Shown here in pieces: positions 18,900 through 29,627 of a stretch of 64,000 nucleotides of DNA (position 1 is the stretch's first letter; every line of letters begins with the position of its first letter). Source of the DNA: Methanomicrobia archaeon (GTDB taxonomy: Archaea > Halobacteriota > Bog-38 > Methanoflorentales > Methanoflorentaceae). The notes below the pieces were generated by a model. The model worked only from the letters and a program-made list of their open reading frames with translations, ran no database searches and was not told where the DNA came from. Where the stretch lies: assembly GCA_015661395.1 (NCBI GenBank), contig JACWML010000003.1, forward strand, positions 3,567 to 67,566, read 5' to 3'. Position numbers and translations under genes: made by a program.

Positions 18900-20327
18900 A
18901 TGACCACTAACAGAAAGATCTTCAAAAATACCGCAGCATTAGCCTCCGCGGACATATTTACGCGTCTGATGCGCTTCGGGCTAGCCGTCGTCATAGCTAG
19001 GACGCTCGGTCCTGCGGGGTACGGTGTGTATGCGTTTGCATTCTCGTTTGCGGAGGTCTATGGCGTCATTTCAGATTTTGGCATGAGTAACCTCATAATC
19101 CGCGATACCTCAAGGAAGAAGGAGTACCTCGCTCGTTATGTTGGAAACATTTTATTTGTTGAAACAGCGCTTTCCTTGATCGCCTACGGCTTCCTGTTCG
19201 TTCTCGTCGGCGCAATGAACCTGCCTCAGGAAAAAGCCGTTATTGTCTATATCGCCGTTATCTCCTACGTTCTGACGGCTCTCGCGCAGATCGTCCGAGC
19301 GACGTTCAAAGCCCACGAGAGGATGGAGTATGACGCGACGCTAAACGTCATTCAGCAGAGTGTAACCGTCATCCTTGGCATCAGCGTGCTATATTTCGGT
19401 TACGGATTGATCGCGCTCGCCGTGGTGTTCGTCTTAGGAAGCTTGATCAACCTCATTGCAAGCCTCGCGCTTGTTTCAGTAAAGTTCACGCGGCCCAAGT
19501 TTAGGCTAGACCGACGCTTTTTGACGTATTTGGTCAAGGAGGTCCCCTCTTTCGGACTGATCGTATTCTTCTCGCTTATCTACTACAAGATAAGCACGCT
19601 GCTTCTGTCATTTATCCAAGGGGATGCTGCGACCGGATGGTTCAACGCCTCGTACGCCATGGCGGTGTCGCTCACCTTTCTACCGGCAGCATTCATGGGG
19701 GCGCTATTCCCCGTAATATCGACGCTCCACGTCTCATCGAAAGATCTTGCAAAGACCGTTTATAACGAGTCATTTCGCTATATGGTTATCTTGGGGCTTC
19801 CGCTTGCATTCGGCACGACCGTGCTCGCAGATAAGGTCATCAACATCATTTATGGGGCGCCATTCCACAACTCAATCGTCGTCTTACAGATCGTCATCTG
19901 GTCCGTCTCAATCCTATTTCTCAATTTCGTGCTCACCACGACGCTGACGTCGATAAATCTGCAGCGCGTCGTTATGTATGCCACGGGACTCGCTGTCACC
20001 GTCAACATCATCCTCAACCTCCTCGTTATCCCGGGATATAGCTACGTGGGCGCAAGCTACGTGATGATAGCGACAGAGCTCACCACTTTTTCTGTCTGCT
20101 TCTACTACGCTTCGAAAAATTTGTGCTACATTCGGCTGCACCGGCTTCTGCTCAAACCGCTCGTAGGGTCATTCGTCATGGCGGTCGTCGTGTATTATCT
20201 GCGGCCGATCAACCTGTTCGTCATAGTTGGGGTTGCGGTCTGGGTGTATTTCGCTACCCTCATCGCACTGAGGACGTTCACGAAGCAAGACATAAGCGTC
20301 ATTAAGAGCATAATCGGCAGAACGTGA
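18900..20327 (+). CDS. Wzx/RfbX-type oligosaccharide flippase
   Basis: RKIFKNT...ARTLGPAGYG...DFGMS and 12-14 TM helices. Start placed at ATG 18900 (the ORF track starts at 18816). Confidence 0.92.
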   Translation: MTTNRKIFKNTAALASADIFTRLMRFGLAVVIARTLGPAGYGVYAFAFSFAEVYGVISDFGMSNLIIRDTSRKKEYLARYVGNILFVETALSLIAYGFLFVLVGAMNLPQEKAVIVYIAVISYVLTALAQIVRATFKAHERMEYDATLNVIQQSVTVILGISVLYFGYGLIALAVVFVLGSLINLIASLALVSVKFTRPKFRLDRRFLTYLVKEVPSFGLIVFFSLIYYKISTLLLSFIQGDAATGWFNASYAMAVSLTFLPAAFMGALFPVISTLHVSSKDLAKTVYNESFRYMVILGLPLAFGTTVLADKVINIIYGAPFHNSIVVLQIVIWSVSILFLNFVLTTTLTSINLQRVVMYATGLAVTVNIILNLLVIPGYSYVGASYVMIATELTTFSVCFYYASKNLCYIRLHRLLLKPLVGSFVMAVVVYYLRPINLFVIVGVAVWVYFATLIALRTFTKQDISVIKSIIGRT

Positions 20328-20331
20328 GCTG

Positions 20332-21522
20332 ATGTCGCGCAGCAAAAAAAGGGACGACACAAGAGGTGCTCGTGTGAGAATAGCACTATCGACCTTCGAA
20401 TACGACCGGAACCTCATCGGCGGTGCGGGCATCTACGCGCTGGAGCTAAGTCGATGGTTGGCACCACTCTGCCAGCTCACCGTCCATAGCTGCGACGCAT
20501 ATCAGACTCCGCCAGACGCCTTCGCTGCCGCTTGGTTTGGAGCGGGAGTGCCAAACGTGCGGTACCGGCAGCTGCCTCGACCCTTACGAGGTCACGGGGT
20601 TGCGGCCTTTTATTACTACGCGCTCGCTCATGACCCATTCGAAGGGTGCGACGTGCATCTGACTAACGACCTCTCACAGGGGATGGCAGTTCATCGCAAA
20701 GCTCCCCTCGTGCAGATTCTGCACCACCTACCCTCGTCAGAGCTGAAGCAGGTGCCACTGTCAAGATCACGCATCGCAATCACATTGCTTGCCGCGCTCG
20801 AAAAGCGCGCACTAAAACGGCCTCAAGCGATTATCTGCGACAGCAGTGACACAATGGCGCAGGCGCTCGCGCGATATCCGGAGCACGCCGAGAAGCTGAG
20901 AGTCATACCTAACGGTGTTGACGTGAACCTTTTCACACCTGCCGACACACCGACCGAGGGCGCTGTGACCGATAAACCGCTCGTTGCGTGTGTCGCGCGG
21001 GGACTTGAGGCGAGAAAGGGTATCGCGTACTTGATCGAGGCGCTCGCGGCGGCCCAGCGTGTCACTCCGGTTGAACTCATCATCATAGGCAAAGACTCGG
21101 AACGATTGAAGCAGCGGATGCTGGCACACGCACGCGCGCTCGGTGTGATCGACGTGGTCACGTTTGTCGATTCCGTATCACTGCACGATCTTATCGCGCT
21201 CTATCAGCGCGCCACCGTGACGGTGGTGCCCTCACTGCTCGAGGGATTTAGCAGGCCGGCGCTCGAATCGATGGCGTGCGGAACGCCCGTGATCGGAACG
21301 GCGGTTGGAGCCATCCCAGAACTTATCGACGAAAGCTCCGGGGTGCTCGTCTCTCCCGGAGACGCAGGCGCTCTCGCTGCGGCGCTGATCGATTTACTCC
21401 AGGATGACAGGCGAGTGAAGCGGATGGGGGCTGCCGCACGGCGACGTGCGGTTACGCTTTTTTCCTGGGATAATGTTGCGCAGCGCGTGCTCAGCGTGTG
21501 CGAGGAGGTGACCTTAGCGTGA
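20332..21522 (+). CDS. Glycosyltransferase family 4
   Basis: VIPNGVD, RKG, EGFSRPALESMACG. Confidence 0.9.
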   Translation: MSRSKKRDDTRGARVRIALSTFEYDRNLIGGAGIYALELSRWLAPLCQLTVHSCDAYQTPPDAFAAAWFGAGVPNVRYRQLPRPLRGHGVAAFYYYALAHDPFEGCDVHLTNDLSQGMAVHRKAPLVQILHHLPSSELKQVPLSRSRIAITLLAALEKRALKRPQAIICDSSDTMAQALARYPEHAEKLRVIPNGVDVNLFTPADTPTEGAVTDKPLVACVARGLEARKGIAYLIEALAAAQRVTPVELIIIGKDSERLKQRMLAHARALGVIDVVTFVDSVSLHDLIALYQRATVTVVPSLLEGFSRPALESMACGTPVIGTAVGAIPELIDESSGVLVSPGDAGALAAALIDLLQDDRRVKRMGAAARRRAVTLFSWDNVAQRVLSVCEEVTLA

Positions 21523-22711
21523 CCTCTTCATATATTTCTTCGAGCTTCTGGACGTGGACGTCCAAGTCAAAGGTTCTGGCCGATGTCCGCGCGTTTTTGC
21601 TCATTTCGCTAAGGAGCTTCGAATCAGACGAGAGCATTTGTAGAAGCGAAGTGAGCGCCGCAACGTCACCGGGCGGAAACAAGAAACCGTTGTACCCGTC
21701 TTCGATGAGCTCAGGAATTGCGCCTGTCCGGCTTCCTATGACCGCGATCCCGTGCTGATAGTATTCGGGTATCACGAGTCCGAACGTCTCTGCGTAGATG
21801 GACGGCACGACAGCCACATCGGCGATACTGTAAAGCTGCCGCAGCGTATCAGGCGCTAAAAAACCATAGAAGACAATTCGCTCGTCATCCCGCGCATCGC
21901 GCTGGAAACGCGCCCCGTCACTGCCTTGACCAACGACGTGCAGTCGCGCATTTTTGAGATCTAAACCTTTGACGGATTCGATGAGGGAGTGCACCCCCTT
22001 GTGTTTTCCCAGACGGCCGACGTAGAGTATGTCGAACGTGCCATTGTTCACCTTTGCGACGGGCTCGCTTTCAGGTATGCCAAGGGGCAGTTTCAGCTTT
22101 CGTGTGTCTGCGAACAGCCCGAAGCCGGAAAGGGTGTTAAGCACAAAGTCAGACGGGGCAATAACGACAGCAGGATCGATTCGTTTGTAAAACCAGCGAT
22201 AGACCCGACACGGGCTGCGGGCATTCACGCACGAGGCATTAGCTCTCGTGAGCAGGGTCGTCTTGGGACAAATGAGGGTGTAGTCGTGCACGGTGTGAAC
22301 CGCGGGAATGTCAAGATCCTTGGCGGCACTAAAAACAGATGCCGACAACCCGCTGAAATTGTGCACGTGCACGAGGTCTGGCCGCTCACGCTTCAGTGCG
22401 TCCTTTATGAAGCTGTACGTGTGTGGATTCCAGATATCGAATGCGTGCCAGAGTGGCTTGATAAAGCCGGGTTTGCGCGAATAGTAATAGTTCGAGTAAA
22501 GATTTAACGGGTAAAATCGGTAAATGGCGTCTTTTCGCTCGCCTACTTTGTCGCGAGTTGACGATCCGTTTCGGCCAAAGGGGGCGGCTGTTATCACAGA
22601 GATATCGTGACGGTCGCTGAGCCTCTCTGAGATGTGGGAGACGTACAGCTCTGCGCCACCGTGAATGTAGGGCGGGTAAAGGTTAGAGACCATGCAGATT
22701 TTCACGAACAC
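21491..22711 (-). CDS. Glycosyltransferase family 4
   Basis: SNLYPPYIHGGAE, HTVHDY, HKG, ETFGLVIPE. Confidence 0.9.
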   Translation of the reverse strand: MFVKICMVSNLYPPYIHGGAELYVSHISERLSDRHDISVITAAPFGRNGSSTRDKVGERKDAIYRFYPLNLYSNYYYSRKPGFIKPLWHAFDIWNPHTYSFIKDALKRERPDLVHVHNFSGLSASVFSAAKDLDIPAVHTVHDYTLICPKTTLLTRANASCVNARSPCRVYRWFYKRIDPAVVIAPSDFVLNTLSGFGLFADTRKLKLPLGIPESEPVAKVNNGTFDILYVGRLGKHKGVHSLIESVKGLDLKNARLHVVGQGSDGARFQRDARDDERIVFYGFLAPDTLRQLYSIADVAVVPSIYAETFGLVIPEYYQHGIAVIGSRTGAIPELIEDGYNGFLFPPGDVAALTSLLQMLSSDSKLLSEMSKNARTSARTFDLDVHVQKLEEIYEEVTLRSPPRTR

Positions 22712-22775
22712 AACCTCGAAATCTACGATGCAAAAGAGCCGATCGGATGCTTCAGTCTATTCTTTTCAACTGAGC

Positions 22776-23897
22776 TCATATTAAGCCATCGTATACTTCC
22801 ATAGTTCGGGCAATCGCCTGAGTCCAGGTAAACTCACTCTTAACCCGCTCATAGCCGTTGTAGCCCATCCTATCTGCCAGTTCTTCATCGCTCAGCACGG
22901 CTCGTATTGCTTCCACAAGTCCGTGCAGATCGCCTGGCTGAACTAGGAACCCATTGTAGCGATCTTGGATCACCGACGGGATGCCTCCGACGTTCGTACC
23001 GATAACTGGTCTGCCGCACGCGTTTGCCTCAGCCAAAACCATCCCGAACCCTTCGGCATCGGTGAGCGTGGGGAGCACAGCGAGATCGGCTCCACGATAA
23101 TAAAGAGGCATTTCCTCACCGGGTATGAGCCCGGCGAATACCACCCGGTCTTGAACTCCGATACGCCGCGCATAAGCTGCGTAGTGCGAGCGCCAGTTTC
23201 CATCGCCCACAACCACGAGGGTTACGCTTGGGTCAAGGCTTCGGAGCGCATCGATAAGAATGGGGAGCCCTTTGTGTCGGTGGGTTTTGCTGAGCTGGCC
23301 GACGAAGAGGATAATGTGCCCGTCGAGGCCGTACTTATCTCTTATGTGGCCAGAGCCGACCGTCGGATTGAATGTCGCGACGTCTACACCAGGGGGCACG
23401 GCGGACGTTTTGCTGAGGTAACCTTGGAGAAACGGAGAATGTGTGGCGTAGTGGTGAGAGGTCGTTATGATCCAACTAGCGCGGCGAATGGTGCCCCTTC
23501 CGAGGAAGCGATAGTAGGCCTTTACCAAGAGCTTGGTCGTCGCATCTATTCCCACCGCATCATTGAGGTAGGTCAAGACGAACGGCCTATCGCGCGTGAC
23601 TCGTGCGGCGACGTCAGCCATGTACGGGACGGGCAAAAGTCCGTTCACCACGTCGGGGTCCACCTCGTCAATAACTCTCTTTATGGATCCAAACCAGCGC
23701 AAACTGAAGGGGGTGTTCGACACCGTCGTAAGTCGGGGAAGCGTGAAAATCCTCGGGCCGGACTCGTCGAGCACGCGTGAACAGGTTATGACTGTTGTGT
23801 CGACTCCTGCGTTGTGCAAGCCGACGGCGATTCTGTACGTGTACTGCTGAAGCCCTCCTACGCCGGAATAGTACGGCGAAGCGATTAGCGCTTTCAT
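22776..23897 (-). CDS. Glycosyltransferase family 4
   Basis: Start placed at MKALIASPYY; HKG, EGFGMVLAEANACG. Confidence 0.9.
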   Translation of the reverse strand: MKALIASPYYSGVGGLQQYTYRIAVGLHNAGVDTTVITCSRVLDESGPRIFTLPRLTTVSNTPFSLRWFGSIKRVIDEVDPDVVNGLLPVPYMADVAARVTRDRPFVLTYLNDAVGIDATTKLLVKAYYRFLGRGTIRRASWIITTSHHYATHSPFLQGYLSKTSAVPPGVDVATFNPTVGSGHIRDKYGLDGHIILFVGQLSKTHRHKGLPILIDALRSLDPSVTLVVVGDGNWRSHYAAYARRIGVQDRVVFAGLIPGEEMPLYYRGADLAVLPTLTDAEGFGMVLAEANACGRPVIGTNVGGIPSVIQDRYNGFLVQPGDLHGLVEAIRAVLSDEELADRMGYNGYERVKSEFTWTQAIARTMEVYDGLI

Positions 23898-23986
23898 ACG
23901 GGGTTTCACTCGCGCCTGTTCAGGAATAAGCTGTAGCCGCCACGTGACCGGCACAGGAAGAAGTGGTACGAAGTCATGGCCTTCGA

Positions 23987-25135
23987 TCAGCTTATCAGTT
24001 TCGTGTAGGTATCTATAATGCTTTTTGAGATATCCGACCACGCGAATTTCTTTGACATTTCGAATCCGTTTTCAGCCAGTTGTTTACGCAGTGCGCCGTC
24101 GCTGACGAGCTTCAAAATAACGTCGGCGATTTCATCGGGCGAGCCGTCGCTGACGAGGAAACCATTGACGCCGTCTTGAACAAGTTCCCGGACGGCGCTC
24201 ATTTCGTGACGTATGCTGATCACCGGCAACTTGCACGCATTTGCCTCGATGATGACGAGGCCGAACCCTTCACGAACTGAAGGGAGAACGAACACCTTCG
24301 ATGCCTTCATGAACGCCGTGAGCCCGTCTTGATCGACAAAGCCCGTAAAGGTGACATTCTCGTCGAGTCCAAGCTTTGACGCCAGGTCTTCTAGCGAGGC
24401 TCGCTCCGGACCGTCCCCGATAATCGCGCACCTAATGGCAGGAATTTTTGTTCGCGCAATCGCAAGCGCGTTCAGCAAGAGATCGACGCGTTTTTCACTG
24501 ATGAGCCTTCCCGCAAACAGCACATCGGTGGCGGTCGACGCAGGCGCGATCATCGTGATGCGCCCAAGATCGATGCCAACGGGAATGACGTCGATCCGTT
24601 CGGGTTTGACGTGACACCGGATTAGGTCGTCTCTCGTCTTGTGCGAAATCGCTACGATATGATCAGGGAGCCGCATCGTCAGTCTTTCAACAATTCTGCC
24701 TATGCTGCCGCGAATCGGTCCAAGATACCCCCGCCAATAGGTATCCCATACCTCGAGCCACGTGACCACTAACGGTTTTCTTTTTACAATTGAGGCAACT
24801 TTGCCCGCGAAGCATGGGAAGTAAGGGAATTGGTTGCAGTCGATAACGTCGCAATCCACATTCAGCAAGGCAGGCAAGACCCTCAAAGAGTAGATGAGGG
24901 CTTCGGTAACCGAGCGGACGCCCTGCTCATTGTACAGTTCGCGAACCTTGCACACGCCGTGCAGGTGAACGTTATCCGTGACGATCGTATCAGCTCCCTG
25001 CCACCATTTCATGCCGTAAATGTGGACTTCGTGCTCTCCGTTTTCGGCGAGCTTGCGCGCGAGTTCCCACAGACGCTTGTCTGCTCCCCCCATGTTGTAG
25101 GGGTAAATTGCGTCCATCACGTACGCGATCTTGAT
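23987..25135 (-). CDS. Glycosyltransferase family 4
   Basis: (I)KIAYVMDAIYPYNMGGADKR, EKRVD, EGFGLVIIEANAC. The position expected for ATG is ATC (25133-25135). Confidence 0.88.
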   Translation of the reverse strand: MKIAYVMDAIYPYNMGGADKRLWELARKLAENGEHEVHIYGMKWWQGADTIVTDNVHLHGVCKVRELYNEQGVRSVTEALIYSLRVLPALLNVDCDVIDCNQFPYFPCFAGKVASIVKRKPLVVTWLEVWDTYWRGYLGPIRGSIGRIVERLTMRLPDHIVAISHKTRDDLIRCHVKPERIDVIPVGIDLGRITMIAPASTATDVLFAGRLISEKRVDLLLNALAIARTKIPAIRCAIIGDGPERASLEDLASKLGLDENVTFTGFVDQDGLTAFMKASKVFVLPSVREGFGLVIIEANACKLPVISIRHEMSAVRELVQDGVNGFLVSDGSPDEIADVILKLVSDGALRKQLAENGFEMSKKFAWSDISKSIIDTYTKLIS

Positions 25136-25500
25136 AGCGCTCGCCTCCCGCCCGGAGCCATCCGTCGCTTTAGCAAGAATGACGCTGTCTTAAGTCCGTC
25201 GCTTATTGAACTTAGCTTGGGTAGATCTGCGCGCTTGCCGAAGTCTATCGCGATTTCCCCTATGCTAAAGCCGTGACGCGCACATTCATTAAACATGTCA
25301 GCTTCAATCTCCAATCCCTGTGCGACAAGATCCACACGGTCTACGACGTACCCGCGGTAAGCCCAGAACCCCTGTGCACAAGTCAGTTATGTCTTCTTTA
25401 GAGAGCATCCGAGCTACGGCGGTAATCACGCGATTGCCAAAAACGTAGGTTTGGGTCATGGCACCCTCCTTGATGCGCTCTTGGTCTGTGAGGCCGGAAT
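25117..25500 (-). pseudogene. DPM1-like (dolichol-phosphate glycosyltransferase) GT2, 5'-truncated and frameshifted
   Basis: AMTQTYVFGNRVITAVARMLSKEDITDLCTG, frameshift in a G run near 25370, FWAYRGYVVDRVDLVAQGLEIEADMF...KLSSISDGLK. Confidence 0.75.
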
Positions 25501-25718
25501 AACTACCCTAGGTTTCAAGGCCGGCACGTCTGCTGTCGAGAAACGTTATTAGAATCAAGCTTTGCTTTTTGAGCTTAAGTCTTGTGTTCTGTTTCATTTA
25601 GCCGAGGTGCGGTATGCCCACGTTGTTGCCCCACTGTTATCACCTAAGATTAACTATATAGGCTCGATTTGTCTATCCTTGATAGAGATCAATACCGCGT
25701 CGATTTGTTAGGGGCACG

Positions 25719-26459
25719 ATGGATACCGTTATTTTGTCTGTTTTTCGGCTGCTGATAGGGGCAGCGCTGTTCTTTTTCGTTCCTGGTTTCTTGTTAACCG
25801 TTGTGTTGTTTCCGAGAAAACAAGACTTGAGGAGTCTGGAGAGAGTCTCAGTGGCGGTTATTACCAGCATTCTTGTTTCAATTGCTGACAGCACTGTTCT
25901 TCTGGTGACGCTCGGATTAGATTTTACGACGCTCGCACTCTCAATGTCTGCGCTCGTCGCGGTGTTCGCGGCATCAGCGTTCGTGCGGTGGCGGCGCGTT
26001 CTGCAGTCTGACCGACTCGTCGTCCGGGGAGCAGGCAATCGGATCGTACTGCCGGCAGTAGGAGCCGCGATTTGTCTTTGCCTTGCCTTGGTTGGCACGA
26101 CGCTCCTGTTAGCCCCCCACCCGAACGAAGCCGGCTACAGCGAGTTCTATGTGCTGGATAGCAACCGACAGACCGTCGCGTATCCTACAAACGTGACTTC
26201 GGGAACGCCGTTTACTCTGATCCTCGGCATCACCAACTACGAGAACGCCAGCAACACTTATGCCGGCACGGTGTCGTTAGGCAATTCAACCCTTTATCGT
26301 TTCGACAATCTGACGCTGATCCAAGGGCAAAACGTTGAATGGCCTATATCTATCTCGGTCACTTCCTTAGGTGAAAAGCAAAAACTGAACTTCACGCTCG
26401 TTGATTCCTTTGATAAGACCTACGAATTGCACCTGTGGGTCAACGTTCGCGCGCCCTGA
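25719..26459 (+). CDS. DUF1616-domain membrane protein
   Basis: FFVPGFLLTVVLFP, LERVS, YSEFYVL, YP, LGITNYE, ELHLWVNV. Confidence 0.85.
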   Translation: MDTVILSVFRLLIGAALFFFVPGFLLTVVLFPRKQDLRSLERVSVAVITSILVSIADSTVLLVTLGLDFTTLALSMSALVAVFAASAFVRWRRVLQSDRLVVRGAGNRIVLPAVGAAICLCLALVGTTLLLAPHPNEAGYSEFYVLDSNRQTVAYPTNVTSGTPFTLILGITNYENASNTYAGTVSLGNSTLYRFDNLTLIQGQNVEWPISISVTSLGEKQKLNFTLVDSFDKTYELHLWVNVRAP

Positions 26460-26580
26460 TAGATTGCTTCACGTGCTCGACAGCATCGCTGCTTCGTCAG
26501 ACTCGACACTGGCGTGGCCAAAGTACTGTTTCAGACGGCAGATGTAGCCGACAAGCACGCCGCTGTAAAAGCTTGGGGGG

Positions 26581-27108
26581 TTATCCGAACGCATCAAAAA
26601 GCACTAAGCGCTCTCGCACCAAGTCCGGTATTCTCGCGTGCCCGCCGGCAGCTGCAATCTCCTGCGCCGTGATCTTAAATGCGTGCATTAATGGCGCGTT
26701 TTTCGTTTCGTCGTACTCCAGAACCCGCGGGTCTGAGCGTATCAAGCGCGTAAGCTCCGTCGCAGCTCTTACAATTGATTTCTTCGCACCGACGACAATC
26801 AACAACACGTCCATTTCCCCTTCGTGAACGCCCATTTCAAGCGCCTTTCGTATCTGCCGGCAAGCGCTCAAGTGGAGGAGGATTTCGACGCCAAGGTCCG
26901 TAGCAATGTTTCGATGATCGCGAAACGACTGCATAGCGTTGCGTACTGCACAATCAACGTGTCGTCGACCGGCGACTTTTGTGGCGTCGACGGCTTGAAT
27001 TGTCGTGTTGCTTGATTGCGCAATGGCATCAAGCTCCCTCAAAAAAGCCGGGACGCTCCCAATAGTAATTTTTCCTGCCACAACGTTATATTGCATGGAT
27101 TGACTCAC
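26581..27108 (-). CDS. cgi121: KEOPS complex subunit Cgi121
   Basis: EILLHLSACRQIRKALEMG...LVRER, located downstream of hel308 as is usual in euryarchaea. Confidence 0.88.
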   Translation of the reverse strand: MSQSMQYNVVAGKITIGSVPAFLRELDAIAQSSNTTIQAVDATKVAGRRHVDCAVRNAMQSFRDHRNIATDLGVEILLHLSACRQIRKALEMGVHEGEMDVLLIVVGAKKSIVRAATELTRLIRSDPRVLEYDETKNAPLMHAFKITAQEIAAAGGHARIPDLVRERLVLFDAFG

Positions 27109-29285
27109 TCGTCTGTGAGAAACGTCGTATCCCCCTGATCTTTTCGATCAATAACGCCGCGGCGTTCGCCGAGTTGCGTAAAGACATCTGAAGCGACGGC
27201 AGGACCAAGAAGCGCCGCCACCGTTTCAAAAGGAGCATTTTTGAGTTCTTTTCGGCTTGTGAAACCCGCATCGTGCAGTTTTCGAGCGCGGACCCGGCCG
27301 ATGTTTTTCAGTTGCACAAGATCGAGGAGCTCACGATTGATACCAAACTGGATGCGCACTGTGAGCTCCCGGGCTTGTTTCCTTGAAGGAACCTTCAGGT
27401 AGGCCGCGAGCTCGGCGAGCGCGTGACTCACCCACTGCACCGTATCGACGAGATTTCTGATGTCGCCTGGTCCGACGTTGTAGCTTTCGGTGATCTCCTT
27501 TTCGCTTACTTCGGTTATCCAGTCGTTGACGAGCATTGCCGTTTTTACCTCAGAGAGGAACCAGTCGTAATCGACGTCTCTGAATCGATTAGGAATTTCA
27601 TCTAGGAACTCATCGAGGTGCTGATTAACAAATTCAGTTACCACGCGGTAATCCTTGTTTCGCATGAACAGGCGCTTAACGTCCGGGGTTGAACAGACGA
27701 GGTGGAGCAGCGATACGTCGCTCACCGTCTCAGCGTTGCTTAGTCCTCTTCGTATCTTCACCGCAGTCAGCGGATCGACATAGAGCCGCGATACGAGATG
27801 CCCAAATGTCGTCGCCTTGACGCGCCCGCTCGAGTCGACAATCATCTCTTCGTTCTCGAGAAATGCCAAAACGCGGTCGATCGTATATCGCAAGAGGTTC
27901 AGTCCCGTCTTCTGCTGAAATCCGAAGAACGTCGCGTCAAAGAACTGCTCGAGATCAGCCCTGGTGTGCGCGAAACCGTTTGAAATGGTCGAGAGAACGT
28001 GCATGCGAAGTGCCGTCTCCGTTCCAAGTTTTGAAATAACGTCTTCGGCCTCGCTGAGAATATAGTGGTCTGCGAGCGCCGCACACTCACTCGGCGATTT
28101 GGCGATGAGAACTGCCTCCCCGTACGCATCGAAGCCGGGCCTCCCCGCGCGACCGGCCATTTGCTTGTATTCGAGCACGGGAATGTCCGTCATGCCGTAG
28201 TTCGCGTCGTAGCGCTTGTAATCTCTGATAACGACCCTTCGGGCAGGAAGGTTGAGTCCCGACGCGAGCGTAGGCGTCGAGACGATGACCTTGATAAGGT
28301 TGGCGCGGAACCACGTTTCGACGAGTTTCCGGTGCTCGCTGAGAAGGCCGGCGTGGTGAAATGCCGCCCCGTGGCTCACGCAATAGGCGAGCTTCTCAGT
28401 AACCCCCGCCTCCCCATGGATTTTCGCAGCAAGCTCCTTGCAGCCGAAATCGCCCTGTGATCGGAGCGTCGTTGCGACTCTCTTTGCAAGGCTTTCTGCA
28501 TTTCTCCGTGTATTGACAAAGATCAAGCATTGGCCGCCTTCTCGCAGGGTATCGATGGCAAGTGCAATCGCCGGGTCGGTGGCGCCATCTGAAACGGCTT
28601 TTTTCACAACGCCGCGCGGTGGCGCATCGTGTACGAATGTGATAACGGCGCGCTCAGGAAGATAAAGCCCCTCGTGCAGTGCGACGGGCCTCCAGTCGCT
28701 TCTTATGAGTTGCGCGTCAAGCCAGGCTGCCATATCGTCGGCATTGGAGACCGTTGCGCTGAGCGCGAGAATTTGAGCTGTCGGATTGAGTCTCTTAAGC
28801 TTCGTGAGCGTTACTTCGAGCGTTGGACCGCGATCTATCGAGTCCAACAAGTGTATCTCGTCCGCGACGATGACGCTAAGCGCCTGCATCCACACAACGC
28901 CGTTTCGCAGCAGTGAATCTGCTTTCTCCGAAGTGGTGACTATGATGTCGTTACGTCCCAGATTGTCGTCACGAACGTCGTAGTCCCCCGTTGAGATTCC
29001 GACTCGCACGCCAGACGTGGCAAACAGCGAGAATCGGTCGAATTTCTCTGAAGCGAGCGCCTTCAATGGGACGATATAAAGGCATTTGCCGCCATTAGCG
29101 ATCGAATTGAGCATCGCGAATTCTGCGAGCAGCGTCTTGCCAGAAGCAGTGGGCGTCGCGACCACCATACTCGCGCCGTTGAGCAGCCCGCGATCAAGTG
29201 CCTCGGCTTGCGGCGGATACAGCTCCGTGAAGTCCGGCTGAGTGTAAAAACGCGTAATCTTCTCCGGTAAATCCGTTACGTCCAT
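27105..29285 (-). CDS. hel308: ATP-dependent DNA helicase Hel308/Hjm (Ski2-like)
   Basis: LYPPQ, PTASGKT, DEIH, LSAT, FHHAGL, QMAGRAGR, IGRVRARKL. Confidence 0.96.
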   Translation of the reverse strand: MDVTDLPEKITRFYTQPDFTELYPPQAEALDRGLLNGASMVVATPTASGKTLLAEFAMLNSIANGGKCLYIVPLKALASEKFDRFSLFATSGVRVGISTGDYDVRDDNLGRNDIIVTTSEKADSLLRNGVVWMQALSVIVADEIHLLDSIDRGPTLEVTLTKLKRLNPTAQILALSATVSNADDMAAWLDAQLIRSDWRPVALHEGLYLPERAVITFVHDAPPRGVVKKAVSDGATDPAIALAIDTLREGGQCLIFVNTRRNAESLAKRVATTLRSQGDFGCKELAAKIHGEAGVTEKLAYCVSHGAAFHHAGLLSEHRKLVETWFRANLIKVIVSTPTLASGLNLPARRVVIRDYKRYDANYGMTDIPVLEYKQMAGRAGRPGFDAYGEAVLIAKSPSECAALADHYILSEAEDVISKLGTETALRMHVLSTISNGFAHTRADLEQFFDATFFGFQQKTGLNLLRYTIDRVLAFLENEEMIVDSSGRVKATTFGHLVSRLYVDPLTAVKIRRGLSNAETVSDVSLLHLVCSTPDVKRLFMRNKDYRVVTEFVNQHLDEFLDEIPNRFRDVDYDWFLSEVKTAMLVNDWITEVSEKEITESYNVGPGDIRNLVDTVQWVSHALAELAAYLKVPSRKQARELTVRIQFGINRELLDLVQLKNIGRVRARKLHDAGFTSRKELKNAPFETVAALLGPAVASDVFTQLGERRGVIDRKDQGDTTFLTDE

Positions 29286-29490
29286 GCTGCTCTAGGTAAC
29301 CCATATGAGCAGTCCGATATTAATACCGTTGTCAGCAGTTCCGCCGCTAGCGGCGCATAAGGCGATGATAGTTGCGCTCACGGGCCGACGGTCGTTATGC
29401 CCTTATACCGGCGCTTTAGGCGTTGGAAATCGCGCATTCGATCATTTCGTGTCAAAGGCCCCGCTAATAGTAAGCGTCACAAAAAATAAT

Positions 29491-29627
29491 CTAAGGTCGT
29501 TAACTCGTCCCTCTTCGCGAAATATCCAACGTGTCTCTTTTTCTCCAGAACTAACAAGCTCAAGCGTGAGACAACCCATGCATCGACCCTTTCTGTGGAA
29601 CAACCGAGGTCCCGTTAACGACCTTAG
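29491..29627. repeat. Perfect 14-bp inverted repeat enclosing 109 bp (candidate MITE or structured ncRNA)
   Basis: CTAAGGTCGTTAAC at 29491-29504 and GTTAACGACCTTAG at 29614-29627. Confidence 0.7.
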
